From positions 64,001 through 128,000 of the IMG/VR virus record IMGVR_UViG_3300035181_002522: 64,000 nucleotides of DNA. One strand, written 5' to 3'. Positions 20,875 through 31,630 of this stretch are shown piece after piece; position 1 is the stretch's first letter; each line of letters begins with the position of its first letter. Below the pieces are notes generated by a model. That model saw only the letters and a program-made list of their open reading frames with translations, did no database searches and was not told where the DNA came from. This DNA is from a virus. Both the position numbers and the translations under genes were made by a program.

Positions 20875-21941
20875 TTAAGTTCCTCATAAATCTCTATTAA
20901 AAATGATGGGTCAATTGTATTGGTAGCTTGAATGCCAGTTTCAATTAGCTTTTTAACAGTTTCATCTAATGAGGATAAATCTAATTCTTCTAACTCAGCT
21001 AAAGCGCTTTCTTCTAAGGCATGTTGGCGCTGTCGATGGTCTTCTTCTAACGTAAATTCACGAAGGTTAAACGCTTCAACAATTTCAGCTTTTAAAATTT
21101 GAGCTTCAGAATAACTAAGCGACTGGTCTAAAACACACTTCACCCGAGCATTTTCACGAATATCATAGCCGCCAACTATTTGACTTAGTTTTAACTTATA
21201 GTATGTTGGTCCAACATAATCGATAAAATCGACATTATCATTTTCAATATCTAACCAACAATATCCTCGCTCAAAATCACCAGCATCAGCATATGATGTG
21301 CCAAATGGAGAGCCAATATAGATAACATTTTCTGAAGCTTGTCTTTTGTGATAATGCCCTGAAAAGATATGCTTTGGACCATCGAATAGCTTGTGTAAAA
21401 AACCGTGATTAGAAATTTGGTTTGTCCCAGTTAAGTAGAAGTTCCGAAATTCAAAATGGCCAAAGACATATTCACTAGCATTTACTAAGTTTACTACCCG
21501 TGGATATTCATCGCTAAATAAGAATGGTAAAAATAAGTATTTGCCGTTTATCATCGTTGGTCGTTCAATAACCTTAACATACTCAAGCTCTTTGAAGATT
21601 TCAGCTGAATGAACTTCACGGTTGTGACGATGATATAAGTCATGGTTTCCAACTATGAAGAAGATTGGAATACCAAGTGTGTTAAGCTCACGCAGAGCTC
21701 GAATTGAGAATTTAGAGGTGAGGGTGTTTATAGCATTTCGACTTTCAAACCAATCGCCAAGAAAGCCAATAGCTGAAGCCTTTTTTGTGATACACTGTTG
21801 TTTGAACCAGCGAACAAATTGAAGGCAATCTTCATTATGAAGAATTGAGTTTTGTTTTGCGCCAAAGTGTATGTCAGTAAAAAGCGCAATATTATTAAGG
21901 CTAGGCAACTCTAAGTTGTCTAGTTCAAGTTGGTCTGTCAT
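20871..21941 (-). CDS. gp47: recombination endonuclease nuclease subunit (gp47/SbcD/Mre11)
   Basis: TDIHFG, LGDWF, GNHD, FGH, SGHYH metallophosphoesterase motifs. Confidence 0.95.
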   Translation of the reverse strand: MTDQLELDNLELPSLNNIALFTDIHFGAKQNSILHNEDCLQFVRWFKQQCITKKASAIGFLGDWFESRNAINTLTSKFSIRALRELNTLGIPIFFIVGNHDLYHRHNREVHSAEIFKELEYVKVIERPTMINGKYLFLPFLFSDEYPRVVNLVNASEYVFGHFEFRNFYLTGTNQISNHGFLHKLFDGPKHIFSGHYHKRQASENVIYIGSPFGTSYADAGDFERGYCWLDIENDNVDFIDYVGPTYYKLKLSQIVGGYDIRENARVKCVLDQSLSYSEAQILKAEIVEAFNLREFTLEEDHRQRQHALEESALAELEELDLSSLDETVKKLIETGIQATNTIDPSFLIEIYEELK

Positions 21942-21950
21942 TAAAAATCC

Positions 21951-22457
21951 TTATTCTTCAAACATGTCAGAGTGACGTTGGCGATATTCGTCTCTTTCAT
22001 TTTCCATGTAGCCAAGTGAAGCATCGAAACCACTATCTAAGAGTAAATCATCTCTTATTTGACGTTGCTTCTTTTCATCTGCTATTACCTGCAGGCAGGT
22101 ATGATAGCAACATTGAGTATAATAACTGAATGGATTGTTTGATTTTTCAGGCTTAAATTTTAAGCCATTTTGCATTAGATTTAAAATGCTGGCCGCCACC
22201 ATATCTTCTCTAAATGAGAGGTGAGCATAATTCTTTGACATCGCGTATCTTTCCGCAATCTTCTGCATCATAATAGCAAGCTCTGGGGTAATCTTACCCA
22301 GTTCCTTAGCCCTTAGAACCTCTGGTAATAGCTGTGAGTTAGTGACATAACAGCCGCTGTCATTATTTCGTTTAGGTCGTAGTACTTTTTTTGTTTTTTT
22401 CTTTTCTGTTAAATTTGCTTTCGCTTCGTCAAATTCCAAAACTTGTTTTTTGGCCAT
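21951..22457 (-). CDS. gp55: late-transcription sigma factor (gp55-like)
   Basis: YVTNSQL, FREDMV, FKPEKSNNPFSYYTQ, EKKQRQIRD; upstream of gp47/46 as in T4. Confidence 0.9.
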   Translation of the reverse strand: MAKKQVLEFDEAKANLTEKKKTKKVLRPKRNNDSGCYVTNSQLLPEVLRAKELGKITPELAIMMQKIAERYAMSKNYAHLSFREDMVAASILNLMQNGLKFKPEKSNNPFSYYTQCCYHTCLQVIADEKKQRQIRDDLLLDSGFDASLGYMENERDEYRQRHSDMFEE

Positions 22458-22594
22458 ATTTATATCCCTTCCATAGGTTGTTGATAGATGGCCAACATAA
22501 TATAATTTAAATTATATCATTGCTGGACTAAAAATGACACTGTTAGATTAGTGATAAATACTAACATCTTAAGTACTCATCAAAATAAATCACT

Positions 22595-23293
22595 ATGGAC
22601 TATCTTTTTGAAGCTCTTCCTCCAATGCAAGCAAAGCGAGTTGCTTTTGCTATTGGAAGATTTAATCCACCAACTGAAGGCCATTATCATGTCATTAATA
22701 AGCTAAAAGAGTTTATTAGAAAAAATCCTGAGCTAAATCTAGAAGCAAGCCCAGTTATTGTTGTAGTCACAGGTGAAAAATCCAGCTTAGATAAAACTAA
22801 AAACCCATTATCAGCTGATGACAGAATTAGCTTTATGAAAGCTTCAGGCAGAGCTAATGGAGTTATTTTTTTAACCGCAAAAAATGGTAGTATTGCTTTA
22901 GGCATCATGCGTGATAATGGCTATGAACCGATAGCCATTGGTGCCGGTTCTGATCGAGCTCAAGGGTATTTAACGCTCTTAAAAAAGAGCTTTTTTAAGC
23001 CAAATGGTTCAGAGCTCGATCACACAATAGTTCCTGGTTTAGCTCGGTCTGATGACGCAGTTGCCACTAAAAAATCAGATAAAGAAACAGCTTTAAATTT
23101 GACATTGGATAAAATGAAAGCTGAACATGAATTATCACCTGAAGATATTAGTAGTTCATTAGCAAGGCGAGCGGTTGAGCTAGGGTATCTTGAAGAATTT
23201 ACTCAGATTGTTGGATTACAAAATAAGCCAAAGCTGGCAAAACTAATGTTCGACAAAATTAAAAAAGCAATTGGGGGTCAAATAGATGGCTGA
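22595..23293 (+). CDS. cytidylyltransferase-like (HIGH-motif) protein
   Basis: GRFNPPTEGH, KNPLS...R, GSDR, ISSSLAR. Confidence 0.8.
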   Translation: MDYLFEALPPMQAKRVAFAIGRFNPPTEGHYHVINKLKEFIRKNPELNLEASPVIVVVTGEKSSLDKTKNPLSADDRISFMKASGRANGVIFLTAKNGSIALGIMRDNGYEPIAIGAGSDRAQGYLTLLKKSFFKPNGSELDHTIVPGLARSDDAVATKKSDKETALNLTLDKMKAEHELSPEDISSSLARRAVELGYLEEFTQIVGLQNKPKLAKLMFDKIKKAIGGQIDG

Positions 23294-24464
23294 TATAATT
23301 TCTGACCCAAGCTTACCAAAGTTAAATGGCTTTGCCTGGACTGAGGGCGGTCAATTAACTCCACTTACCGCAAGAAGTGAAACTAAGTTGACTGAAATGG
23401 CAACCGCTATAAATTGGGGGTCAAGTTCATTTAGCAATACCGCAAAAGCGATGCCAACTGATTTTGGCGCTTTGACAAATGGCAGCTTTAGCACCGCTAT
23501 GAATGATGCTTTAAACAATTTTGGAGACAGCATTAGTTCAAAATTTAAAAGCTTCAACGGCATGGGCGCAACTGAGATAGCTGAAATGTTAAATGGCTTG
23601 GGAGCAATTGGTGGTGGTGTTCAACGATTCGGCGTTAAATTAGTCTCAAAGGTGACCGGAGAGGAAGTTTTATTTAGGGTAATGCCAACCATTAATGAAG
23701 GTAGGCAGGCCATGTATGATGATGTGATGATGCCACATCACCCTGGGTTAATTGCAAAATATAATCATACCGGACCAAGAACTTGGTCCATCGGAAATAT
23801 TAAACTTATTTCAAGAACGATCGCCGAAGCTGACGAGAATCAAAAGATTATCAATACTTTACGTGGTTGGTTAATGCCTTATTATGGCTATGGCACTGAG
23901 AGCTCAACCCCTGAATTACTTGGCGCTCCACCAGATATCTTAGAATTTACTGCATATGGCGACCATAATATTGGAAAGATACCGGTTGCACTAGAAAGCT
24001 TTGGCTGCGATTGGCCAAATGATGTCGATTGGATTCATACCTCAGCAGGTGAACCATTTCCAGTAATTTTTAATATTGGTTCACTTACCCTTAAAGAAGC
24101 TTGGTCAGCAAGAGAGTATAGTGGTTTTGACCTTTCAGCATACCGCCGAGGTGATTTAGCAAATGCATATTATCCTGTAATAATTCCAAAGATTGGAACT
24201 GCTCCAGAAACATCACCTGCAAATAATACAAGTGACATAAGCCAAGCAACTCAATTAAGCCCAGCTAATAACGCAGTTGTCGCAAATGCTAATACAGTTT
24301 CATATACACCAAAGGATTTTAATTTAACTGATACCGGCTTAACATCGACGAAAAGTTCATTAAATAACACAGTTTTTTCTCCATTTACAAACAATACAGA
24401 TTTCATGAATCCAACCCAACCAAATTTTAACCTTTCAAATAAACCACGCTGGTTTCAGGAGTAA
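23286..24464 (+). CDS. baseplate/tail-tube initiator-type protein (gp48/gp54-like)
   Basis: position; LGAPPDILEFTAYG, IPVALES, WPNDVDWI. Confidence 0.55.
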   Translation: MADIISDPSLPKLNGFAWTEGGQLTPLTARSETKLTEMATAINWGSSSFSNTAKAMPTDFGALTNGSFSTAMNDALNNFGDSISSKFKSFNGMGATEIAEMLNGLGAIGGGVQRFGVKLVSKVTGEEVLFRVMPTINEGRQAMYDDVMMPHHPGLIAKYNHTGPRTWSIGNIKLISRTIAEADENQKIINTLRGWLMPYYGYGTESSTPELLGAPPDILEFTAYGDHNIGKIPVALESFGCDWPNDVDWIHTSAGEPFPVIFNIGSLTLKEAWSAREYSGFDLSAYRRGDLANAYYPVIIPKIGTAPETSPANNTSDISQATQLSPANNAVVANANTVSYTPKDFNLTDTGLTSTKSSLNNTVFSPFTNNTDFMNPTQPNFNLSNKPRWFQE

Positions 24465-24467
24465 TGT

Positions 24468-24839
24468 ATGACAACATCATCAGCGTTAGTTAAAACTGGT
24501 CGATATGTTCAAGGTGGCTTAACTGAGGTTGGTAAGCTCGGATTAGAATGGTGGGACCGCTATTCATTTGAACTAGATGAAACTGACCAAATCTTTACAG
24601 TTTCAAACAGTTATGTTAATCGAATTGATTTAATAGCCGATACTTTTTACGGTGAACCTCGTTTTTGGTGGATTATTGCTCAATATAACAATATACTAGA
24701 CCCATGGGCTGAGATTACAATTGGCAGGCAGCTTAGATTGCCAACGTTAAATAGACTTCAGCTGCTGTTTAACAAAAAAACAGGTGGCATCAAATCATCC
24801 CGCACTCCAGAGAGTGTTTTACCACCTATCGTTCTATGA
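24468..24839 (+). CDS. gp53: baseplate wedge protein (gp53-like, LysM-like)
   Basis: RIDLIADTFYGEPRFWWIIAQYNNILDP. Confidence 0.85.
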   Translation: MTTSSALVKTGRYVQGGLTEVGKLGLEWWDRYSFELDETDQIFTVSNSYVNRIDLIADTFYGEPRFWWIIAQYNNILDPWAEITIGRQLRLPTLNRLQLLFNKKTGGIKSSRTPESVLPPIVL

Positions 24840-27001
24840 GCAATCCACAAAATAAACTCGATCAATATCGGTCTCATTCTTATCATTTTGTTATGGTTGC
24901 CGCGAATAATACTGAGGCTATCAAAAATCTTATCGATCCTAAAGTTGGGCAATCGACTAACTTTTTGGCGGCGGTTCAGGGCGTGCGTTTAGGCCAAGAG
25001 TTGTATAAGGATTCTGGAGCTTATCTAGTTTGTGATACACGACGTATATCAGAATTCATGATTGATAATGTCAAATTTACAACTTATGTCGGCGGCAATT
25101 CAAGCCCATCTGACCATACATCAATCTTAGGCACATTATCAATGCAGATAATCGACCCATCTGGTATTGGGTTTTTTAATTATATGAAATGGCTTTGTGA
25201 TATTGGTTTACAAACAGATATCACTGGCGTAACGTTTTTACTTCATGTTATGTTTATGGGGCATACGGATTCTGGTACAACTGAATTAGTTGACAGCATT
25301 AGTATTCCATTAATAATGGCTGGACAATTCAATTTAACACAATTTGGCACAGATGGCGGCCGATATGAATTGCAGTTTGTTCCAATATCTGGAATGATTG
25401 GTGATGATTTTGCCATTTATACTAACCTTTGGGCTGGTGAATCGATTAGTATTAAATTTAGTGATGGCCTACTTGGAAATGCTATTCAAGCCTTAGAAAA
25501 TAAGTTGAATAAAGCAAGTCGAGAATATTTCTTTAAGATGAATCCAATTGAAAAACCCACTGATGGCGTCGTAACTGAATCACAAGTACAATCTAAAAAC
25601 CCTCAAGCAAAGAAACATAAGAATGGCCGGCTTGTTCAATACATGATTACAATTCCAGAGCATTGGTTTTATTTTAAGGTAGATAGTCCAGCGGCAAAAT
25701 TGTATGAAACAAAATTTGAATCAGTTAAAGCTCAAAAACAGCAGCAAGTCGAAAAACAAAAGGCTGAAGTTATTGCCTCAGTAAATGACCAAACAGCTAA
25801 AGAGCCTAAAACTCCAGCGACTGGCTATTATGCTAGCGCGGCAAATATGACAATTCCAGATGTGCTTTGGGCGTTGTTAACTGCGTGTGATGAAGTCAAT
25901 AAGCTCTGCAATTTAGAAGCAAAATCACAGGGGATTGGAAAAATTTTTAAAGTATTGACTGGTATAACATCGGATAAAGATATAGTTTTAGTGCATTTTG
26001 ATATAGTTGAATTTAACTTGCCTGATACAAATGGGTCTGAAAGTGACGTAATTGACAGTAGAGTTCCAACAAAAACTGAAAATCCACCAGGAGCAATGAT
26101 ATTTGATTATGTTTTTTCTGGTAAAAACGAGGATATTCTTCATTTAGATATCGCTGTTAATAATTTAATGATGGGGCTTTTTAGTAAATCTAACGTGAGT
26201 GTATCGGCGATTCAAGATATTGTTGGTAAAAGTCAAGTAAAAAACAAAGATGAACCAGAAGTATTTGATAAACCAATGCTGTATAAAGTTAGACAGCTGC
26301 AGCCAATTGTTGCCCCACCTCCATCATATATTCAATACACGAATAACGCGGTATCAACAAATAAAGGTCAAGCAAATCCAGCAAAAAACTTTCAAAATAA
26401 GCAGGAATTTCATAGGTCATTATCTGATTTAGCGGCGGCTAATTTACAGCCGGTGGTAAAAATACGTGGTAATCCAGACATTTTTAAATCATTTGTCATT
26501 GATTCAATCGCGCCTCATGTTAATTTGACTGAATCAATTCAGACATATTTGAATAATGAAACAATTGATTTTAACAAGTTAACAGCTTGGGATTATTCAC
26601 GAGGAGATACAAAAACAAGAAAAACTCCGACAGCAAAAGGTGGAGCAACAATTGTTGCTGCTCACCTTGAACATAGAAAATGGGTTAAGGAGTTAATTAA
26701 GCCAGTTCAAGACCAGCTTAATTCAAAATACAAAGCATTTATTGCTGGTGGAATGTATGTCAAGATTAATATCTTTGGTCCAGCTGATTATCCATTTGCT
26801 GAGATGAATGCTGGTGATACTTATAATCCACTAAATAATTCAATAAGAACTCAATTATTCTATGATGGTTGGTATTTTGTAAGCGCGGTTCACAATGAAT
26901 TTTCCAGTTCTTCTTTTACGCAAGATTTACAACTCCATACTTGCGATCTCTATGGCGAGTATATGTACAATCAACAAGAAAATAAACTAGCAAACAGTTA
27001 A
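24836..27001 (+). CDS. baseplate hub protein (gp27/gpD-like)
   Basis: between gp53 and spike; KIRGNP, YFVSAVHNEFSSSSFTQDL. Confidence 0.6.
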   Translation: MSNPQNKLDQYRSHSYHFVMVAANNTEAIKNLIDPKVGQSTNFLAAVQGVRLGQELYKDSGAYLVCDTRRISEFMIDNVKFTTYVGGNSSPSDHTSILGTLSMQIIDPSGIGFFNYMKWLCDIGLQTDITGVTFLLHVMFMGHTDSGTTELVDSISIPLIMAGQFNLTQFGTDGGRYELQFVPISGMIGDDFAIYTNLWAGESISIKFSDGLLGNAIQALENKLNKASREYFFKMNPIEKPTDGVVTESQVQSKNPQAKKHKNGRLVQYMITIPEHWFYFKVDSPAAKLYETKFESVKAQKQQQVEKQKAEVIASVNDQTAKEPKTPATGYYASAANMTIPDVLWALLTACDEVNKLCNLEAKSQGIGKIFKVLTGITSDKDIVLVHFDIVEFNLPDTNGSESDVIDSRVPTKTENPPGAMIFDYVFSGKNEDILHLDIAVNNLMMGLFSKSNVSVSAIQDIVGKSQVKNKDEPEVFDKPMLYKVRQLQPIVAPPPSYIQYTNNAVSTNKGQANPAKNFQNKQEFHRSLSDLAAANLQPVVKIRGNPDIFKSFVIDSIAPHVNLTESIQTYLNNETIDFNKLTAWDYSRGDTKTRKTPTAKGGATIVAAHLEHRKWVKELIKPVQDQLNSKYKAFIAGGMYVKINIFGPADYPFAEMNAGDTYNPLNNSIRTQLFYDGWYFVSAVHNEFSSSSFTQDLQLHTCDLYGEYMYNQQENKLANS

Positions 27002-28257
27002 TGTCAGCATTCTCAAATATAAAACAAGCATGGCCATTTATCACTGATGGCTTTGTCATGGATACGGAAGACCCTGACCAGATGGGTAGACTTAAAATCT
27101 GGTGTCCAGCGCTCGATGGTGAAAATTATAGCATAGCAAATTTAGTTTGGGCGGAATACGCAACTCCTTTTGGTGGAGTCACGGTTGATTTTCCAGCAGG
27201 AAGAACTGGCGCAGTATCTCATGGCCCTGTAAGTTATGGTTTTTGGGCACTACCAAAAATTAACTCTCAAGTATTAGTCTTTCTGTTAAATGGCGATCCA
27301 AACCGTCGCTTTTACTTCGCTAGTGTTTTTGACCTACATCGAAATCGTAGCTTACCGGGTGGTAGAATTTCAAATAAAGATAGAACTCCAGGACCTTGGA
27401 CTGATAGCTATGACCCGCTAGAACCAGCAAGTTCAAATGCTAAAGCCGCTTTTGGTGATTTAACAGGAGCTATTGCTCAGACACGTGGGCCATTTGAACG
27501 TCAAGTAGCTCAAGATGCGGATGTCAAAGATGGAACAAATGGTTATGGTAAATCGCCAGCCGATAATACGTACTTAGACCCTCAAACTTATTGTTGGACT
27601 ACTCCTGGTCATCACTTTATCTCAATGTCAGATAATGTTGATAATTGCCGAGTTAGAGTTAAAACTTGTGAAGGCAATCAAGTTATCTTAGACGATACCA
27701 ATGAGCGTATCTACGTATCAACTGCGAAAGGTAATACTTGGATTGAGCTTGATGAAGATGGGCATGTACATATCTATGGAGCTAAATCAATTTCAGTCCG
27801 AGCTGAAGAAGATATCAACCTTGCAGCGAATCGAAATATCAACTTGAATGCCCAAGGAACCATCAACTTATTGAGTGAAGCTGATACCAACATCTCAGGC
27901 TCTGGAGTTCATTTGAAGGCTGGTGATCAATTAGCAGCATCCGGCTGTAAAGTTGACATCAATAGCACGGATACAAAAATATCTGGTGATCAAGTCAACA
28001 TTAAGAGTGAGAATACATTGGCAATGTCAGGACAGGATGTAAACTTAAAAGGTGATATGACTAAAGTGACAGGTAGTTCAGTACATCTAAATGGAAACAT
28101 CATTCAGTCAAATTTAAATATAACTGGAACTACAGCAGCAACTGAAGCCGCTCAAGCAGTTTGCGCGAATGCTGCAGCAGGTCCTTCTATTATTCCAGCG
28201 CATGAACCATTTGATCGCCCAGCAAATACTAGCAGAAATTTACACTATAAAGGTTAA
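27001..28257 (+). CDS. gp5: baseplate central spike (gp5/VgrG-like, no lysozyme domain)
   Basis: OB-fold DPDQMGRLKIWCP, beta-helix repeats, C-terminal PAHEP. Confidence 0.85.
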   Translation: MSAFSNIKQAWPFITDGFVMDTEDPDQMGRLKIWCPALDGENYSIANLVWAEYATPFGGVTVDFPAGRTGAVSHGPVSYGFWALPKINSQVLVFLLNGDPNRRFYFASVFDLHRNRSLPGGRISNKDRTPGPWTDSYDPLEPASSNAKAAFGDLTGAIAQTRGPFERQVAQDADVKDGTNGYGKSPADNTYLDPQTYCWTTPGHHFISMSDNVDNCRVRVKTCEGNQVILDDTNERIYVSTAKGNTWIELDEDGHVHIYGAKSISVRAEEDINLAANRNINLNAQGTINLLSEADTNISGSGVHLKAGDQLAASGCKVDINSTDTKISGDQVNIKSENTLAMSGQDVNLKGDMTKVTGSSVHLNGNIIQSNLNITGTTAATEAAQAVCANAAAGPSIIPAHEPFDRPANTSRNLHYKG

Positions 28258-29474
28258 AGTTCAGCATCTATCATAAAATCAAAAAAACTAGAAATTGGTT
28301 TAGATAATGTAACTACGCCAGTAATTGCACTATTTAAAATTGCGTTAACGGTTTGAGTTTCAGATAATGTAATAGAATATGAAAAACCTGTAGTAGTAGT
28401 ATAATCTACGGTTGTTAGTAAATTATTTGAATTAAATATCGTAACCAAACCATTTTTAAATTTTTCAGTCTGAAAACAGACATGATCTATAAAAGTAGTT
28501 TCTAATCCACCTCCTGCTGAAAAATGAATTTTTTGTTGTTTTTCGAAATATCGTTGACAAAGAACAATTTCTAGCCCTATTGGTCTAAGCTCAAATGGAG
28601 TATAGATAAAACCGGGTTCTAATTGTACTTGCGCCAAGTCAAAAGCAGTTTTTGAAAATTCATTATAATGTTCATTTGCAGGTAAATTATAAGTGAATCT
28701 TATTCCATAATAATGATCATCGCCGTCAATAACCATATTTTCTAGAGATTCAAATTCAAGATTCAATACATATTGTGTCCACTGATTTGATGGAATTATA
28801 GCGACTTGTTGCTTGTTATCATTTAATAAATTTACAATTTTGGTTGGTGAAGCGTTAATTCCAGAGCCAAAATGTTGAATTAATTGAATAGATATAAATC
28901 CATCATTATTTAATTCCAGTTTATTGTGTTTTAACCAAAAAGACAACGTAAAATGCGAATTTGATGTTTTCGACAAATTGCTGAAATTATCGAGCTTTGA
29001 TAATTTTACATTTTCTATTCGCTGTTCTTTATAAGCTGTCACTAAAGTTGGCTGTTCTGTTTCAGTATCCAAAAGAAAATCATACTGTGGAGTGGTTTGT
29101 TCTAATATAGTTCTAGAGTAATATGATGGATTAAATGGGACATCAGATTGATTAGTATCAAATTTCATTTGCGTATTATTAGAACTGTTGAACCATCTAT
29201 CATCACTTCCATACCCGGGTATATTTTGTGAAGTGCCACGTTGCCAAATGTCAAAATTTCCATTTATCAATTTATTTCTAAATGTGAATGCTGAAAAATT
29301 ATTTTTACGGTTGTCTTGAACTGAAATGTTATCTTCAATAAGATACAATCCTGTTTTTATGCCAACATGGTCAACACAAATCATTTGCTCTAAGCCATAT
29401 GTCCATGGACGTATCCATTCATTAGATTTAAAAAAATGAAAATTTGATAAATTTTCAGTATTTGAAAATTTCAT
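28254..29474 (-). CDS. tail-fibre-associated carbohydrate-binding-like protein
   Basis: RNKLINGNFDIWQRGT...LAQVQLE...TPFELRP...LCQRYFEK module typical of tail-fibre proteins. Confidence 0.7.
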   Translation of the reverse strand: MKFSNTENLSNFHFFKSNEWIRPWTYGLEQMICVDHVGIKTGLYLIEDNISVQDNRKNNFSAFTFRNKLINGNFDIWQRGTSQNIPGYGSDDRWFNSSNNTQMKFDTNQSDVPFNPSYYSRTILEQTTPQYDFLLDTETEQPTLVTAYKEQRIENVKLSKLDNFSNLSKTSNSHFTLSFWLKHNKLELNNDGFISIQLIQHFGSGINASPTKIVNLLNDNKQQVAIIPSNQWTQYVLNLEFESLENMVIDGDDHYYGIRFTYNLPANEHYNEFSKTAFDLAQVQLEPGFIYTPFELRPIGLEIVLCQRYFEKQQKIHFSAGGGLETTFIDHVCFQTEKFKNGLVTIFNSNNLLTTVDYTTTTGFSYSITLSETQTVNAILNSAITGVVTLSKPISSFFDFMIDAEL

Positions 29475-29570
29475 AGTTGCTATTCTCCATTAGCTTTTGA
29501 AAATTATTTATAAAATTTGAACTGTGTTTTTTATGTAAATAGATAAAACTGTTACTACTATGGAATAAAT

Positions 29571-29936
29571 ATGTTCTATCACGGACTTTCAACAAAAAAT
29601 TGGTTAAGTACAAAAAATCTTGGTATTAGTGATATTGAAGTCGTAAAACAAGATTTGCTCAATCACATTTACACGCCAATTGGATCTCGGGTTATGATGT
29701 CAAATTTTGGAACTAGAATACCTTTCATGGTATTTGAACCTAATGATCAGCAAACTCGTCAGATCATCGAAGACGATCTAAAAACCGTATTTGAATATGA
29801 TCCACGTGTTCAGCTTAAAGCTTTAGAGGTATTAAGTATCCCTGACCATAACATGATTGTGGCGCTGGCTGATTTATATTATGTTGAGTTTAAGGTGACT
29901 GATACTTTACACATAGAAGTTAAAACCGGTGGTTAA
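29571..29936 (+). CDS. gp25: baseplate wedge protein gp25
   Basis: QDLLNHIYTPIGSRVMMSNFGT..FEP, YDPRV. Confidence 0.9.
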   Translation: MFYHGLSTKNWLSTKNLGISDIEVVKQDLLNHIYTPIGSRVMMSNFGTRIPFMVFEPNDQQTRQIIEDDLKTVFEYDPRVQLKALEVLSIPDHNMIVALADLYYVEFKVTDTLHIEVKTGG

Positions 29937-29979
29937 CAGAAACTTTTAACGATTTCAATATATAATTTAAATTATTTAG

Positions 29980-31587
29980 TTGAGAATGGTTAAAATGGAA
30001 AATATATTAGAAAAAATTTTTGATAAAAATAAAAAAATTAGTGCAGCAAGATTAAAAAATCTTTCGCAATCAGAAAAAGAAATATTGAATGATTTGGCAC
30101 CAGAATGTAAAACCGAAAATGTAATAGAAAAAATTTACTGGCATATTAATAATATTACAGATTACCCAAAACGATGCGAATGTGGAAAGCCAGTAAAATT
30201 TGAAAATTTTTCAAAAGGTTATGTTAAGGATTTTTGTTCGCTATCTTGTAAATCTAAAAGCAATTCAATTCAAGAAAAAATTAAAAAAACTTTACAATCT
30301 AAATATGGTAGCGAAATATCTAATTGTAGCCAAATACCAGAAATCAAAAATCAAGTAAAACAAACCTTATTAAATAAATTTGGCACTAATAAATTATTTG
30401 ATATTAATAAAGAAAAAAGAATAAACACTCTTAATGAGAAATATGGAGTCTCACATATTTCTCAAAATGAACAATTAAAAACAAAAAGAATTACCCAGTT
30501 TAAATTAAATTTTATTTCAAAAGTTTTTGAAAATATTAAAGAATTAAAAATTAGTCCTTTATTTTCAGATAAAGAATATTCTGAATTAGAGGGTTTAGCA
30601 AGTGGTATTCCACTTTTATGGAAATGTAATGAGCACAATACTGAATATTTAGCTTCAGTCAATAATATTTTGGCATTTGGCACACCATGCTTAATCTGCA
30701 ATCCACGTGATAAAAATAAATTAGAAAGTAAGATTGCTGATTTTTTATCTAGCTTAAACATAGCTTTTTTACGAAATACTAGAAAAATTATTGCTCCACT
30801 CGAATTAGATTTTTATATTCCAGATGCATCACTAGCAATAGAGGTTAATGGCGTCTATTGGCATTCTACATCAAGAAAATCCATAAAGCCAGTTGATAAA
30901 AAATATCATTTTGAGAAATGGAAAATTTGTCACGATAAAAAAATAAAATTAATTCAAATTTTTGAAGATGAATTTGATGATATTAAGTTCGAAAAAATAA
31001 AATCAATAATAAAAAATTCATTAAACAAAAATAAATTCAGATATTTTGCTCGCAAATGCAAAATATCTGAACTTTCGAGTAGAGAAAAAAATGAGTTTTT
31101 AATAAAAAATCATATTCAAGGTAAAGACAAAAGTTCTTTTTTCTATGGATTAACTTACAATGATGAACTTGTTGCAATAATGACTTTTATAAAGCCAAGA
31201 TTTACAAAAAAATATGAATGGGAAATTTCTAGATTTTGTTGTAAAATTGAATATTCTATAGTAGGAGCAGCATCAAAACTTTTTGCTTATTTTGTTAAAA
31301 AACATTTACCTAAATCTGTAATTTCATATGCAGATTTACGATTTGGCTCTGGAAATGTTTATCAACATTTAGGACTCAATTTTCAACATTTCTCATCACC
31401 TAATTATTGGTACGTCAATACGTCAACAATGACTAGAGTTAATAGGTTAGCATGTCAAAAACATAAATTGCCAGAAATATGCGGTGAAAAATTCGATGCC
31501 TCATTAACAGAACATGAAAATTTAACAAAAATTGGTTTATATGAAATTTATGACGCTGGTAATGCAGTTTATGCTACAATATTCTAA
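29980..31587 (+). CDS. Hef-like homing endonuclease (Vsr/DUF559-type nuclease domain)
   Basis: KYG repeats, ELDFYIP..LAIEVNGVYWHS, IQIFEDE, EISRFC, SYADLRF, IYDAG; inserted between gp25 and gp6. Confidence 0.8.
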   Translation: MRMVKMENILEKIFDKNKKISAARLKNLSQSEKEILNDLAPECKTENVIEKIYWHINNITDYPKRCECGKPVKFENFSKGYVKDFCSLSCKSKSNSIQEKIKKTLQSKYGSEISNCSQIPEIKNQVKQTLLNKFGTNKLFDINKEKRINTLNEKYGVSHISQNEQLKTKRITQFKLNFISKVFENIKELKISPLFSDKEYSELEGLASGIPLLWKCNEHNTEYLASVNNILAFGTPCLICNPRDKNKLESKIADFLSSLNIAFLRNTRKIIAPLELDFYIPDASLAIEVNGVYWHSTSRKSIKPVDKKYHFEKWKICHDKKIKLIQIFEDEFDDIKFEKIKSIIKNSLNKNKFRYFARKCKISELSSREKNEFLIKNHIQGKDKSSFFYGLTYNDELVAIMTFIKPRFTKKYEWEISRFCCKIEYSIVGAASKLFAYFVKKHLPKSVISYADLRFGSGNVYQHLGLNFQHFSSPNYWYVNTSTMTRVNRLACQKHKLPEICGEKFDASLTEHENLTKIGLYEIYDAGNAVYATIF

Positions 31588-31630
31588 TCCATTAAATAGC
31601 TTAAGCATATTTTTTTGGAATTATTAACAA

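Noticed and set aside
6373-21941. Inteins or introns in capsid, portal, gp46, gp47
   Set aside because: Protein lengths are normal and no splicing motifs are visible
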